A DNA stretch of 64,000 nt, taken from positions 256,001 to 320,000 of the IMG/VR virus record IMGVR_UViG_3300014205_000170; one strand, written 5' to 3'. Source of the stretch: a virus (Duplodnaviria > Caudoviricetes). The notes under the pieces were generated by a model. The model was not told the origin of the DNA. It saw only the letters and a list, made by a program, of their open reading frames with translations, and did not search any database. Made by a program: the position numbers and the translations under genes. Shown here in pieces: positions 39,668-49,517 of this stretch (position 1 is its first letter; every line of letters starts with the position of its first letter).

Positions 39668-40333
39668 ATGATTACATTTTTTAATCCAAAAGCAGGAAAT
39701 CCATTTAGTGTACAATACACAAATGGTAGTAAAGTTTATAAAAAAGAAATCGTACCCAACATGCTTGTTGCAATGAAAGACTTGAGTACATTATCTCAAA
39801 TCAAAAACTTCAGCGCTCTAACAAGAGAAGGTATTACGATTTATGATTATACTAGAAACGTATATGCTTTTAGTGCAGCTACATTCAGAACTGGTTTCAA
39901 AGGAGAAACCAACATGACTGGTATGACTTTTATTACTCCTTTGGTAAGTGTATCAACAGGTTGGACATTTGTTACTTCTGCTGCAACAGCTGGAGTTGCT
40001 TTAAACACAATTACGGCAAACACATTAGGTAATACTATTAGGTTCGCTTATAGTGGCGCAGGTGTTTCAACTACTGCCTGGTTAAATGCCCTTAGAACAA
40101 CAGCGTTTAGCGGAATTCCATTTACAATATTTGGAGAAAGTCCGTTGAATCTCATAACGTCCGGTGCTGCAACAACAGTAGTATTATCAGCTGCAACAGC
40201 AAGTTCTACTCCTTATCAAGCTGTATTTATAGGACATAATGATAAGAAAAATCAATACACTACACTATATGCAATGAATTATGCCACTACACTTTCCGCT
40301 TTACGCGCATTAGTGACTGGAGCAACATCTTAA
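39668..40333 (+). CDS. Thr/Ala-rich probable virion (decoration) protein
   Basis: 221 aa, T/A/G-rich, with its own TATTTAT motif and terminator. Confidence 0.55.
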   Translation: MITFFNPKAGNPFSVQYTNGSKVYKKEIVPNMLVAMKDLSTLSQIKNFSALTREGITIYDYTRNVYAFSAATFRTGFKGETNMTGMTFITPLVSVSTGWTFVTSAATAGVALNTITANTLGNTIRFAYSGAGVSTTAWLNALRTTAFSGIPFTIFGESPLNLITSGAATTVVLSAATASSTPYQAVFIGHNDKKNQYTTLYAMNYATTLSALRALVTGATS

Positions 40334-40350
40334 TTATAGACAACAAAATT

Positions 40351-40386
40351 AAAACCACTAAGAAGACATTTTTAGTGGTTTTTTTA
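40351..40386 (+). terminator. Rho-independent terminator
   Basis: AAAACCACTAAGA...TTTTAGTGGTTTTTTT. Confidence 0.75.
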
Positions 40387-40407
40387 TTTCCTTATATGCC
40401 CTAAAAT

Positions 40408-40440
40408 AAAAAAACCGTTAAAAATTATTTAACGGTTTTT
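40408..40440 (-). terminator. Terminator for the convergent minus-strand gene
   Basis: AAAAACCGTTAAA-aatta-TTTAACGGTTTTT perfect stem. Confidence 0.75.
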
Positions 40441-40461
40441 AAAATAAGACTGATTTATGTC

Positions 40462-40680
40462 TTACATAATCATTCTACCATTTGAAGTTGAAGGTTGATG
40501 AGATTCAAAACTTCTTCCACAACAAGAACAATTATATACTTTTATCATTTCAGTTAATGCTGGTTGTGATTTTGTAGAATCTAATAATAAGTTAGAGCCT
40601 CCTACAGAAACTCTTTTTACTGATTCGCTCATTATGGAATTTACACATCCAAATGGGCAATTTACTCTTTCTAATAACAT
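40462..40680 (-). CDS. Small zinc-ribbon protein
   Basis: CPFGC...CSCCGRSF; has its own TATTTAT motif and terminator. Confidence 0.65.
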   Translation of the reverse strand: MLLERVNCPFGCVNSIMSESVKRVSVGGSNLLLDSTKSQPALTEMIKVYNCSCCGRSFESHQPSTSNGRMIM

Positions 40681-40719
40681 AATAATATAGTTTTTAATAT
40701 AAATATGCAGGCAAAAATA

Positions 40720-41445
40720 TTATTCTTTATCCTTATAACGTTCTAAAACTTCTGTAATAAGAGGATTTCTAACCACATCTTGCTCGTTAAATTTAAAAAT
40801 ACCTATTTTTTCTATTCCTTCTAAACGATTTAAAGCATCATACAAACCACTATCTGTATTCTTTTTATATCTATCAGATTGTTCTAAATAACCACTAATA
40901 ATGAATTTGGAATGATGGCCTATACGCGTAATAAGCGTTTTAACTTGTCGAGGAGTTGCATTTTGAAATTCTTCTGCAATAACAATAGAATTATCAATAT
41001 TAATACCTCTCGCATAAGCTAAAGGAAGTATTTGAAGATAACCATTCTCTCTTAATTGATTTGTTCTTTCTTCTCCTATTAATTTATTAAACAAATAAAG
41101 AGTTGAAAATATATAAGGTTGTAATTTTTCATCCGCAGTTCCTGGAAGGAATCCTAATTTCTCATCTGCTTCTACCGCTGGCGTACAGATAATGATTTTA
41201 TAAAATTCATTTTTAGAAGATTTTAAAAGTTCTAATGCTTTCAAAACTGATATCATTGACTTACCAACTCCTGCCGGACCAGAACAGATAATAATTTCTT
41301 TTTGGTCTAAGAGTTCATAAAATATTTTTTGATTATCATTTTTGGGCTTAAAGTAAAGGTCGCCTAATATAACTTCAATTACTCTCTTGGTCTCATTCTT
41401 ATAATCAGAATTACCAGTTTTGTGTTTCTTGTTTTTACCTGCCAT
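40720..41445 (-). CDS. phoH: PhoH-like ATPase
   Basis: GPAGVGKS Walker A, PAVEADEKLGFLPG, PLAYARG, EFQN, LITRIG, DVVRNPL. Confidence 0.92.
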   Translation of the reverse strand: MAGKNKKHKTGNSDYKNETKRVIEVILGDLYFKPKNDNQKIFYELLDQKEIIICSGPAGVGKSMISVLKALELLKSSKNEFYKIIICTPAVEADEKLGFLPGTADEKLQPYIFSTLYLFNKLIGEERTNQLRENGYLQILPLAYARGINIDNSIVIAEEFQNATPRQVKTLITRIGHHSKFIISGYLEQSDRYKKNTDSGLYDALNRLEGIEKIGIFKFNEQDVVRNPLITEVLERYKDKE

Positions 41446-41514
41446 TCAAGGGGTTTATCTATAAATATGCTGTTTTTTATAGCTATTTATGTTAGAGCGA
41501 AAAATTTAACAAAA

Positions 41515-42405
41515 ATGGGTCAAAAAATAAATTCTGCTGAAATTGAAGCTTTAATCAGAACAAAGATTAAAGAAAAGGGTCTTTCTGATGATATTACTGA
41601 AGTAAAATTCAGTGAAATTAAAAATGCTATAAAATCTCATTTAAAAAATACAAATACTCAACCAATAGAAGAACAAGCTCCAATAGCACCAGAAGAAACT
41701 ATAAATAACAATATCACACCGGCACAACCAACTGCTAATGCACCTGAAACTATTGCACAAACAATCACTGTTAGTAAAGAAGCAACAGAACTAGCTAAAA
41801 AAGAAGGTGAATTAACACAAAAAGAAAAAGAAATTTCCGACAAACAAGCAGACCTTGCAAATAGAGAAGCTGAATTTCAAAGAAAGCAAGATGAATTAGC
41901 ATATAAACCTCAAATACCAGCTATTTTAAACAATATTGGCAATGAGCAGTTATTTGTTTTTAGTGAAAACGAAATTAGCCTTGGAGCAGAAGCATTATCT
42001 AATACTTATTTCAGATTGATGTCAAATCCTGATGAAAAAAGAACCATGTTAGAATTGTGGACAACTGATGGTAAGAAAAGTGCTGATTTATACATTGTAA
42101 AATTTGAAAAATTAGGTGAAATAACCTTCAATCCTTTCGAAGGAATATCTAAATTTGAAAGCAAACCTATTAGTGATGGACAAAATCCATCAGAAGTACC
42201 AGTTGATGGACTCACACCAGAAGAAGCACAAGCTAGTCAAGAGCCCTCAGAAACAGTTGTAGATGCAATTGAACCGGTGGCTGATGTTTCTTTACCTCTA
42301 TCTAATGATATGGGCTTAAAACCAATAGAATTAGATGGTATTATTAAAAAACGTGTTGAAGATATGATGAATCAATACTTTGCAGAAAAGTTTCCTAAAA
42401 TGTAA
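41515..42405 (+). CDS. Acidic hypothetical protein, probable head-associated
   Basis: Start MGQKINSAEIEALIR, 24 nt after TATTTAT; coiled-coil and P/E-rich linkers. Confidence 0.55.
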   Translation: MGQKINSAEIEALIRTKIKEKGLSDDITEVKFSEIKNAIKSHLKNTNTQPIEEQAPIAPEETINNNITPAQPTANAPETIAQTITVSKEATELAKKEGELTQKEKEISDKQADLANREAEFQRKQDELAYKPQIPAILNNIGNEQLFVFSENEISLGAEALSNTYFRLMSNPDEKRTMLELWTTDGKKSADLYIVKFEKLGEITFNPFEGISKFESKPISDGQNPSEVPVDGLTPEEAQASQEPSETVVDAIEPVADVSLPLSNDMGLKPIELDGIIKKRVEDMMNQYFAEKFPKM

Positions 42406-42406
42406 T

Positions 42407-42886
42407 ATGACTATTTCAGAACAATATAAAAATCATTTAATAAAATTAGCTGGATTAGTTAAAGAAAATGTTCAATTTAAGGCAACTCAAGGAAGAAGCG
42501 AAGAAAGAACATTAAGCTGGTATTGCGAAGAATATATTTTGGACTTCGCAGAAGATATAGTTAATACACTTGATTTTAACATTTCTAAAATGGAAGGATA
42601 TTTACTGCAAATCAGTAAGGGTTACACAAAAATATCTTCTAATACTTTTAGCACAAAATTAAACATTAAAAAAACAGATAATTCAATAGAACCATTTGAA
42701 TTTCTTTTAACTATTACTGTAAATTTTGAACAAAATTCTAATACTACCGTATCTGTTACATTAAAAGGGGTGACCAATAAATTCACCATGAATTCTAAAC
42801 ATTCAGAAGCTGACCTTTTCGATTTAAAAAATCAGGCAGTAAATTCCTTTTTAAATTCCATTACATTAATCCAAAAGGTTAATTAA
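42407..42886 (+). CDS. Hypothetical protein with N-terminal LAGL motif
   Basis: MTISEQYKNHLIKLAGLVKE. Confidence 0.55.
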   Translation: MTISEQYKNHLIKLAGLVKENVQFKATQGRSEERTLSWYCEEYILDFAEDIVNTLDFNISKMEGYLLQISKGYTKISSNTFSTKLNIKKTDNSIEPFEFLLTITVNFEQNSNTTVSVTLKGVTNKFTMNSKHSEADLFDLKNQAVNSFLNSITLIQKVN

Positions 42887-42944
42887 ATAATAAGAATTTA
42901 CTTTTTCTTACAAAAAAGTACTTTTAACATAAAATAAAACAAAC

Positions 42945-43355
42945 ATGAAAATTTGGAAAATTGAACATTCAAACAAAACAACGGATGGAGCAAAAATTGC
43001 TGTATCTATTTCTTCATCAGAATCAAAAGGTTTAATATTGAATCAAGGCGAATTCGTTTTGTGTCAAGAACAAATTACAGCTGCTCTTGATTCTCAAAAA
43101 AGAAGAGGATTTATCATAATTGAAAATTTTGACAATTCTTCTTTAAGACTTGAGCTAGGAGTAACGTATCCAACTAGTCTTTTAAAGAATTTAGCTGCTC
43201 AAAAAGCTGCAAGTGTAGAAAAAGCAACAGCAGCAATAATTTCAGAATCTTCTGTTAAAGAAGAAGATGAAGAGAATGCTCCGGACATGATAAATAAATT
43301 AGAAAGAGCAAAAAAAGATGCGACTGATTATATAAATGACAACGATAATATCTAA
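42945..43355 (+). CDS. Hypothetical protein
   Basis: 136 aa ORF preceded by a bipartite promoter. Confidence 0.6.
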   Translation: MKIWKIEHSNKTTDGAKIAVSISSSESKGLILNQGEFVLCQEQITAALDSQKRRGFIIIENFDNSSLRLELGVTYPTSLLKNLAAQKAASVEKATAAIISESSVKEEDEENAPDMINKLERAKKDATDYINDNDNI

Positions 43356-43360
43356 GTAAC

Positions 43361-44017
43361 ATGCCATCTGAAAACAAACAAGTAACTACATCTGCACAAT
43401 CTTGTGGAGAACCAATCACTGTGACTGGTGCACTAACAGGAACAATAGGTAATTTAGCGTCGTACAATATTGGTAATCCAGTACAACAATCATTAACATA
43501 TACTGCGCCATCTATAAATTATTTTCAAACAGTTAGTTCACCCGCTACTCCTTTAACTTTTTCAAATCTTTCTACTGATTACAGACTTTCTAAAGAAGGA
43601 GAAATTTATATCGATTCTTCAACAAATGACTGTTTTATATACTTAACAGAGTATGGTGGATGGCTTAGATGTGATATTCAAAAGATTAAAAAATCTTTTA
43701 ATAATAAAGGAGAACAAATAAATACAGTTAAAGTGTCTTTTGATTTTAGTGTAGCTAATCTTAAAAAATATTATCAATTAAGAACAGTATTAACAGAAAA
43801 ATATTCAAAATCAAAAATAGTTATTTATGATTTTGCTAGTAGTTCTACAATTACAAGTGCTTATTCTACATATGTACAACCATCATATATATTAAGTACT
43901 CCACTAGCCGGAACTGCAATTGATTGCACTGCCGGATATATTACCACTGATATTTCAACGGTAATTGGTACAAATTATGTTAATTTCAACAATGCACAAA
44001 CGAGCTGTTTAGCTTAA
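43361..44017 (+). CDS. Ser/Thr-rich hypothetical protein with LRTVLTEK tag
   Basis: Central EGEIYIDSSTNDCFIY..GGW segment resembles fibre/structural repeats. Confidence 0.55.
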   Translation: MPSENKQVTTSAQSCGEPITVTGALTGTIGNLASYNIGNPVQQSLTYTAPSINYFQTVSSPATPLTFSNLSTDYRLSKEGEIYIDSSTNDCFIYLTEYGGWLRCDIQKIKKSFNNKGEQINTVKVSFDFSVANLKKYYQLRTVLTEKYSKSKIVIYDFASSSTITSAYSTYVQPSYILSTPLAGTAIDCTAGYITTDISTVIGTNYVNFNNAQTSCLA

Positions 44018-44028
44018 AATTTAAACTT

Positions 44029-45342
44029 ATGAAAAACGATAAAAAATACAGAATTTTAATTATGCCTAGCGACTTAGCAGGTGTAGGACATTTTAGGTCA
44101 ATCTGGTTGGCGCAACAAATTGATAAAGATTTTGCAGATGATTTCTATGTAGAAATTAATGTAATGCCTGATTTTAATGATGTTCATTATTTTAAAAGTT
44201 TTGATTTAATCCATTTTCATAGACAATTAGGTCCTCACGAAAACATGGATGTATTTTTTAAAGATTTAAAAGATGCCGGCGTTATTTTAGTAATGGATTT
44301 AGATGATTATTGGGCACCTCCAACTACTCATCCGTTATATGGAATAGCAGTTAAAGAAAAGCTATCTGAAAAAATCACAAAGACATTAAGAATGTCAGAT
44401 TATGTATCTACCACAACAGATATATTTGCAAAACAAATTATGGCATATAATAAAAATGTTGTTGTTATGCCAAATGGTTTAGATATGAATCAGCAAATGT
44501 GGAAAGATGAAGATACTAGAATAAATGATAAAGTAAGAATTAGTTGGATAGGCGGCTCTAGTCACCAACATGACCTTATGTTATTGAAGCCTTCGATGAA
44601 ATTATTACACAATGATGAAAGTCTTAAAGGTAAATACCAAATCGTTATGTGTGGTTATGACACAAGAGGACACGTTACCATCGTAAATGAAGATGGAGTA
44701 ACACAAGAAACTAGAAAAATTACTCCTGCTGAAACTATTTGGAATAAATTTGAAGAGATTTTTACAGACAATTATAATCCAAATATCATTTCTGCTGAGT
44801 ATCAAAAATGGTTGAAAAAATATAAAAATGAACCATATCCACATGGAAACATATTAGATGAGACATATGTAAGAAGATGGACATTGCCTTTGACTCAATA
44901 TGGAAAACACTATAACTATTGCGATATATGTTTAGCTCCTCTAGAAGAAGAAGAAAAGTATATTAACGAAAAAGGTAAAGAAGCAAAAAGAAGACATTAT
45001 TTTAATGAAGTAAAATCTGAATTGAAAATCATTGAGGCCGGTATGAAGAAAAAAGTTTTAATTGCCCAGGACTTCAGTATTTATAAGGATTTGATTAAAC
45101 ATAACGTAAATGGTCTTCTTGTCAACAAACCAATGCATGAAAAAGGATGGTATGGTCAAATCAAGAAAGTAATTGAGAATAAAGACCTAAGAGAAACATT
45201 GGCCAACAATTTACATCAATTTGTGAAAGAAAGATATAACTTAGAACGTTTAACAGAAGAGAGAATTGACCTTTATTACAAAATGTTGGATGAAGGGAAA
45301 TTAAAAAAAGAAGAATTACAAAAAGAATTACAAAAAGCTTAA
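44029..45342 (+). CDS. GT-B fold glycosyltransferase
   Basis: GVGHFRS, MDLDDYW, WIGGSSH..DL, DICLAPL, FNEVKSELKIIEAG. Confidence 0.85.
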   Translation: MKNDKKYRILIMPSDLAGVGHFRSIWLAQQIDKDFADDFYVEINVMPDFNDVHYFKSFDLIHFHRQLGPHENMDVFFKDLKDAGVILVMDLDDYWAPPTTHPLYGIAVKEKLSEKITKTLRMSDYVSTTTDIFAKQIMAYNKNVVVMPNGLDMNQQMWKDEDTRINDKVRISWIGGSSHQHDLMLLKPSMKLLHNDESLKGKYQIVMCGYDTRGHVTIVNEDGVTQETRKITPAETIWNKFEEIFTDNYNPNIISAEYQKWLKKYKNEPYPHGNILDETYVRRWTLPLTQYGKHYNYCDICLAPLEEEEKYINEKGKEAKRRHYFNEVKSELKIIEAGMKKKVLIAQDFSIYKDLIKHNVNGLLVNKPMHEKGWYGQIKKVIENKDLRETLANNLHQFVKERYNLERLTEERIDLYYKMLDEGKLKKEELQKELQKA

Positions 45343-45406
45343 AAAGCTATATTAATTTTACTTCAAATCCACTTTTTAGAAGCTATTTATTGGTAAATCA
45401 AGTACA

Positions 45407-46215
45407 ATGAAACAAATCAGCCTCAATTATGGAGCCATAAGAGATACTATTTTTAAGTATTCTGGAAAACAATTAGTATCAGAAGGTGGTAAATCATCTA
45501 GTATATTAAATTCTTTCTTAAAAAGTGTAAAAGAAATACCAGCACTTAAGCTTCAACATATTGTATTTAAAAATTTAGAAGAAGGTCATTTCACAAAAGA
45601 AAGATTAGCAGAAAGATACATTGCTGAAAATCTAAAAATAATGGAAAGCGTTTCTTGGGATAAGCTTATTGAAGCTAATCGTAATATAAGAATAGGTTTA
45701 TTAGAAAATTGTCACGTAGAAGGAAAAAAGGGTGAATTATACGAAAGTATTCACACTCTTATGGAATCCATATGTAGAAAGGGTTTTACTAATGTAGACC
45801 AATCCAACAAAGCCTATGATGACGTTTTAAATTATCTTTTAAGAGAAATGTTTCAGAAACTACAGCAATTGAGCCGGAAACAGAAGAATTTCCAAAATTA
45901 TTATCCTGGAACTTTGTTACTAATTTAGCCGTAAATAATTTTAACCAAAGATATGCTCATTTGAATGAAAATGAAAAACAACTTTTAAAAGTTCTTCTTT
46001 CAACTAATGAAAATAAAACAAATCACTTAGAAGACCTTAAAAAAGAAAATATTGATTTAATCAACTCTATTTTAAAAACAAATATTGATGAAGAAAGTCA
46101 AAAAGTTCTAATCGGTTTTAAAGAAAATATTGAGTCTAATCTAGCTGAAAACATTGATGATAACATCATTCATTTAGCAGAATTAAGGGACACTTTAATG
46201 GATTTTCAAAACTAA
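45407..46215 (+). CDS. Helical head/scaffold-region protein split by a -1 frameshift near 45826-45848
   Basis: ORFs 45407..45928 and 45961..46215 join through the -1 frame (NVSETTAIEPETEEFPKLLSWNFVTNLAVNNFNQRYAHLNENEKQLL). Confidence 0.65.
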
Positions 46216-46658
46216 ATTTTCATCTCAATCACATGAGTGGTTGATGTACCACTTACAGTTTGATATATAGGCGTTTGCCAAAAAGAGATTCTTTGTGTTG
46301 TGGAGGTTCCAATACCAATCCCATAAGTCCATAAATCATTAAAATCTTTTACACGAACTTTAAAGGTTTTTTCAACACATACTATTCTAGTTAAAGGCAT
46401 CATATACAATTCCCATTCACAATATTCATTAAAATATGCATTAGAATATAGAGAGCTCTTCTTAATTATATATTTTATTTCATCATTTTCATAAATAACT
46501 GATTCAATAACTCCTTCTCCTGTATTAAAACCTTTAAACCCAACCACATCACCTACTTTAAAAAAAGGTTTTGGCATTCGTTTAGGCATGAAACTTTTAA
46601 AATGATTTTTTTTATCTTTTAAAATTAATTGTTTTTTATTAAACTTAGATTTGTTCAT
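46212..46658 (-). CDS. SH3/KOW-like small protein with TRIVCVEK tag
   Basis: FKVGDVV..GVIESV..KYII pattern. Confidence 0.55.
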   Translation of the reverse strand: MNKSKFNKKQLILKDKKNHFKSFMPKRMPKPFFKVGDVVGFKGFNTGEGVIESVIYENDEIKYIIKKSSLYSNAYFNEYCEWELYMMPLTRIVCVEKTFKVRVKDFNDLWTYGIGIGTSTTQRISFWQTPIYQTVSGTSTTHVIEMKI

Positions 46659-46921
46659 TTTTTTTCAAACAAAATCATTCTTTTTAAAGGTTGTGCGATA
46701 AAATATTCTGCTGCACCAAACGTTTCTGGTTCTGGTTGTTGAAAATAAAATACATTATATGAATTAATTCTTTGAAACATATAATAATCTTCAACTTTAT
46801 TATACTCTTTCGTCACTCTATATAGATGTTTTTGATTGTCTCGACTTAAAACAATATCTCCAAATTCAAATCTACCCATTTTCAATAAATGTTGAATATT
46901 GCATAGCCATAGCCTTCGCAA
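46655..46921 (-). CDS. SH3-like small protein with C-terminal KRMILFEK tag
   Basis: FEFGDIV..LYRV; probable start MGRFEFG. Confidence 0.55.
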   Translation of the reverse strand: MRRLWLCNIQHLLKMGRFEFGDIVLSRDNQKHLYRVTKEYNKVEDYYMFQRINSYNVFYFQQPEPETFGAAEYFIAQPLKRMILFEKK

Positions 46922-47483
46922 TACCCGGAAAAGTTTTACTTCTTAATTTAGCGCGGTCTTCTGTTGGTGATAAACGATGTAATCTTTGTTCTCTACCAGC
47001 TACTATATTAGTAGGGGTTAATAATGGTAAATTTTTTAACCATAAACAAGTTGCTTTAGTTTCTCCATGTCCAAACATCCAAGGTTGTAATACTTGGTCT
47101 GGCTTTCTAAATTCACTGCTCATTACACCAATAGGATTTTCAATTGCAATTCTTGGAATTTCACAATTATACAAATCCATAAAAAATTTTATTGCTTCTA
47201 CTCTTGCTGCTCTTCTTTCTGCACCAACTAAAGTACCGGATTTTCTTGGAGGTTGGTCTTTGTACCATTTATTAGCACTAATAGTCAAATAAGTGCAAGG
47301 TGGAAAAAATATTGCCAAATCCCATTGTTTCATTCTTATTGCTTCAAACACATCCATTTGTAAATGCCACTCAGGATGCCCTCCGGAACATTCTAACATA
47401 TCATTACTATATGCTTCATGTCCTAATGCTCTAAACGCTTTGCACACTTCTTGACTCTCTTCACAGCCTAATAATACTTTCAT
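46872..47483 (-). CDS. Short phage-type DNA cytosine-C5 methyltransferase
   Basis: VLLGCEES, FPPCTYL (catalytic PC), IENP, QPWMFGH, KATCLW, RSKTFPG. Confidence 0.8.
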   Translation of the reverse strand: MKVLLGCEESQEVCKAFRALGHEAYSNDMLECSGGHPEWHLQMDVFEAIRMKQWDLAIFFPPCTYLTISANKWYKDQPPRKSGTLVGAERRAARVEAIKFFMDLYNCEIPRIAIENPIGVMSSEFRKPDQVLQPWMFGHGETKATCLWLKNLPLLTPTNIVAGREQRLHRLSPTEDRAKLRSKTFPGIAKAMAMQYSTFIENG

Positions 47484-47497
47484 CGTTGTTGTTGTTA

Positions 47498-48316
47498 TTA
47501 AGGATTTTGTTCTACGTGTAGATTAACTAAATTTTGAATGATTCTTTTTGTGTCAGAACAAAAATCACCATTTTGAATCCAAGTATGATATTTAGTGTCT
47601 TTAGCAAGTGAACTAGCCACTGGAAGACCTTGATATTTTCCGAAAGTAAAACAAGGTACGCCGGCGTTATTCATTTTAACTTTACCTTGAAAATCTAATT
47701 CATTAGGGTCGTTTACAAAATCATGTAAAATTTGAATATCATTTTGTATTGGAGAATCTATTTGAGTTCCATCTTCCTTATCATACTTAACACCTTCATA
47801 TTTCTGTATTTGTGCTTCTAGAACCTTAATTGTTCCTCGTGTATCAGCCAATGCATCATGTGCATTATCTAGTGTTTCATTACAATAAAAACGAACAGCC
47901 GCTTTCAATGTTCTTGGCTCCATTTGATGAAAGATTCGTTGAACATCCACACATCTTCTCTCTGACATGTCTAATTGTATTCCACAACGTTCAAATTCTT
48001 CCATTAAAATTGGAATATCAAATCTATTAGAATTATAGCCACAAAAATCAGCATCGCCTATCAAAGCCAATAAACCATTTGCAAGAGCTTGAAATGTTGG
48101 TTGTCCTTGCACCATATCATTAGTAATTCCAGTCAATTCAGTAACTTTTTCCGGAATAGGAATTCCTGGATTAATATATCGAACTCTTTCAATTGGAGGT
48201 CTGCCATCGGCAAAATATTTAATTATTGCTAATTGAATTATTCTATCCTTGGAAACTGACAATCCTGTGGTTTCGCAATCTAGAATTACTAAATCTTTTA
48301 TTAAATTTAATTTCAT
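47498..48316 (-). CDS. dnaQ: DEDDh 3'-5' exonuclease, DNA polymerase III epsilon-like
   Basis: LDCETTG, GYNSNRFDIP, AHDALAD, C-terminal FGKY; Bacteroidota-like architecture. Confidence 0.9.
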   Translation of the reverse strand: MKLNLIKDLVILDCETTGLSVSKDRIIQLAIIKYFADGRPPIERVRYINPGIPIPEKVTELTGITNDMVQGQPTFQALANGLLALIGDADFCGYNSNRFDIPILMEEFERCGIQLDMSERRCVDVQRIFHQMEPRTLKAAVRFYCNETLDNAHDALADTRGTIKVLEAQIQKYEGVKYDKEDGTQIDSPIQNDIQILHDFVNDPNELDFQGKVKMNNAGVPCFTFGKYQGLPVASSLAKDTKYHTWIQNGDFCSDTKRIIQNLVNLHVEQNP

Positions 48317-48326
48317 GTTTTTTGTT

Positions 48327-48797
48327 TTATTTTTTTAAAAAATACATATAAGTAGAAGTGGGGAACAAAGATTTTTCGAACAAAACTGTACGACTATTCA
48401 TTGTGGAAACGATAGATTTTATTGTATTAATAATAGAATCAATTTTAAAACCAGAAAGATATCCTGATACAGGAGTGCCTCCAATAACATAAGCACCACA
48501 GTGCTTAATAACACTATAATCAACATCATCTAAATAAGTTTCATAATCAGAAGAAGTCACATCTTCATTCACAACAATAGTTCCTTTATTGTTATAATAA
48601 ATTAATATTTCAAATTCATCATAGTCTGTTAATAATTCTAACGTTTTTCGTGGGTTTGAGTAATGACCTGAACTAGCTTGAATAGAAATAACAAATCCTT
48701 CTCCTAAATCTACATGAGAATTCATTCCATAACCATGTTCAATTTTACGCTCTTTTATTAGAGGAATGAAATCAAATTTATTTATTTCTGGTATCAA
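48327..48797 (-). CDS. Hypothetical protein with SRTVLFEK tag
   Basis: GFVISIQAS.GHYSNPR pattern of a common phage family. Confidence 0.6.
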   Translation of the reverse strand: MIPEINKFDFIPLIKERKIEHGYGMNSHVDLGEGFVISIQASSGHYSNPRKTLELLTDYDEFEILIYYNNKGTIVVNEDVTSSDYETYLDDVDYSVIKHCGAYVIGGTPVSGYLSGFKIDSIINTIKSIVSTMNSRTVLFEKSLFPTSTYMYFLKK

Positions 48798-49164
48798 TTA
48801 AAGGTAAATTTTTAGCAATTACTTCAGCTTTTAATTCTAAATTTTTAAATTCAAAAGCTGTGTTAATGTTTTTATGTTTTTTATCAGTGATTTTTATTCC
48901 TGGATATAATGATAAAGTATATTTAAATAATCCTTGAGAGATTTTAAATACTTTCTGTTCAGCAATATAACCATCCCAAATATACGAATTATCTTTTTGC
49001 TTCCAAGTAATTAAACCAGAAGAATGTTCTTTTAAGTTTTCAAAATACAATCTGGCTTTGAGTTTATCGGATTCTATTTTTTGTTTCCTTTTAACTCTCT
49101 TTTTTTGAGCTTCGTCTTGTTCTTGCTTAACTCTTTTGTTGTATTTGTTTTGATAGTCATCCAT
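48778..49164 (-). CDS. Hypothetical protein
   Basis: 128 aa ORF in the operon. Confidence 0.55.
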   Translation of the reverse strand: MDDYQNKYNKRVKQEQDEAQKKRVKRKQKIESDKLKARLYFENLKEHSSGLITWKQKDNSYIWDGYIAEQKVFKISQGLFKYTLSLYPGIKITDKKHKNINTAFEFKNLELKAEVIAKNLPLIDTRNK

Positions 49165-49517
49165 TTTTCATTTATAGATTTATGATGTAATCTAACTTCT
49201 TCTATTGGCCAATGCTCCAGAGAAGTTTGTATTTCTGAAATTTCTGCTTTATCAACCCAAAAAAATATTTTCGAATTCATTGCAGTTGAACAAACATTGA
49301 ATTTGTCTGTTTCAATACAAAAACCCACAACAATAAGTGGGTCATCAGAATAAACAATATTATCTTTTCCTAATGTTTTATCTTTAAGCAAAAAAGCATA
49401 TGATACATGTATCGATACGCTGTCTGTGTCCCAGTTAATGTCCGTATTAAATAACGCATCATTATATTTTACATGACCTTTTTTGGAAAATAATATTTCA
49501 TCTGCATTAGGCATCAA
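49074..49517 (-). CDS. Hypothetical protein
   Basis: 147 aa ORF overlapping both neighbours. Confidence 0.5.
   Translation of the reverse strand: MMPNADEILFSKKGHVKYNDALFNTDINWDTDSVSIHVSYAFLLKDKTLGKDNIVYSDDPLIVVGFCIETDKFNVCSTAMNSKIFFWVDKAEISEIQTSLEHWPIEEVRLHHKSINEKWMTIKTNTTKELSKNKTKLKKRELKGNKK

Noticed and set aside
40880-40900. PhoH GDxxQxD motif reading GYLEQSD
   Set aside because: A single-base change (GAT->TAT) that cannot be told apart from a sequencing error or private mutation.
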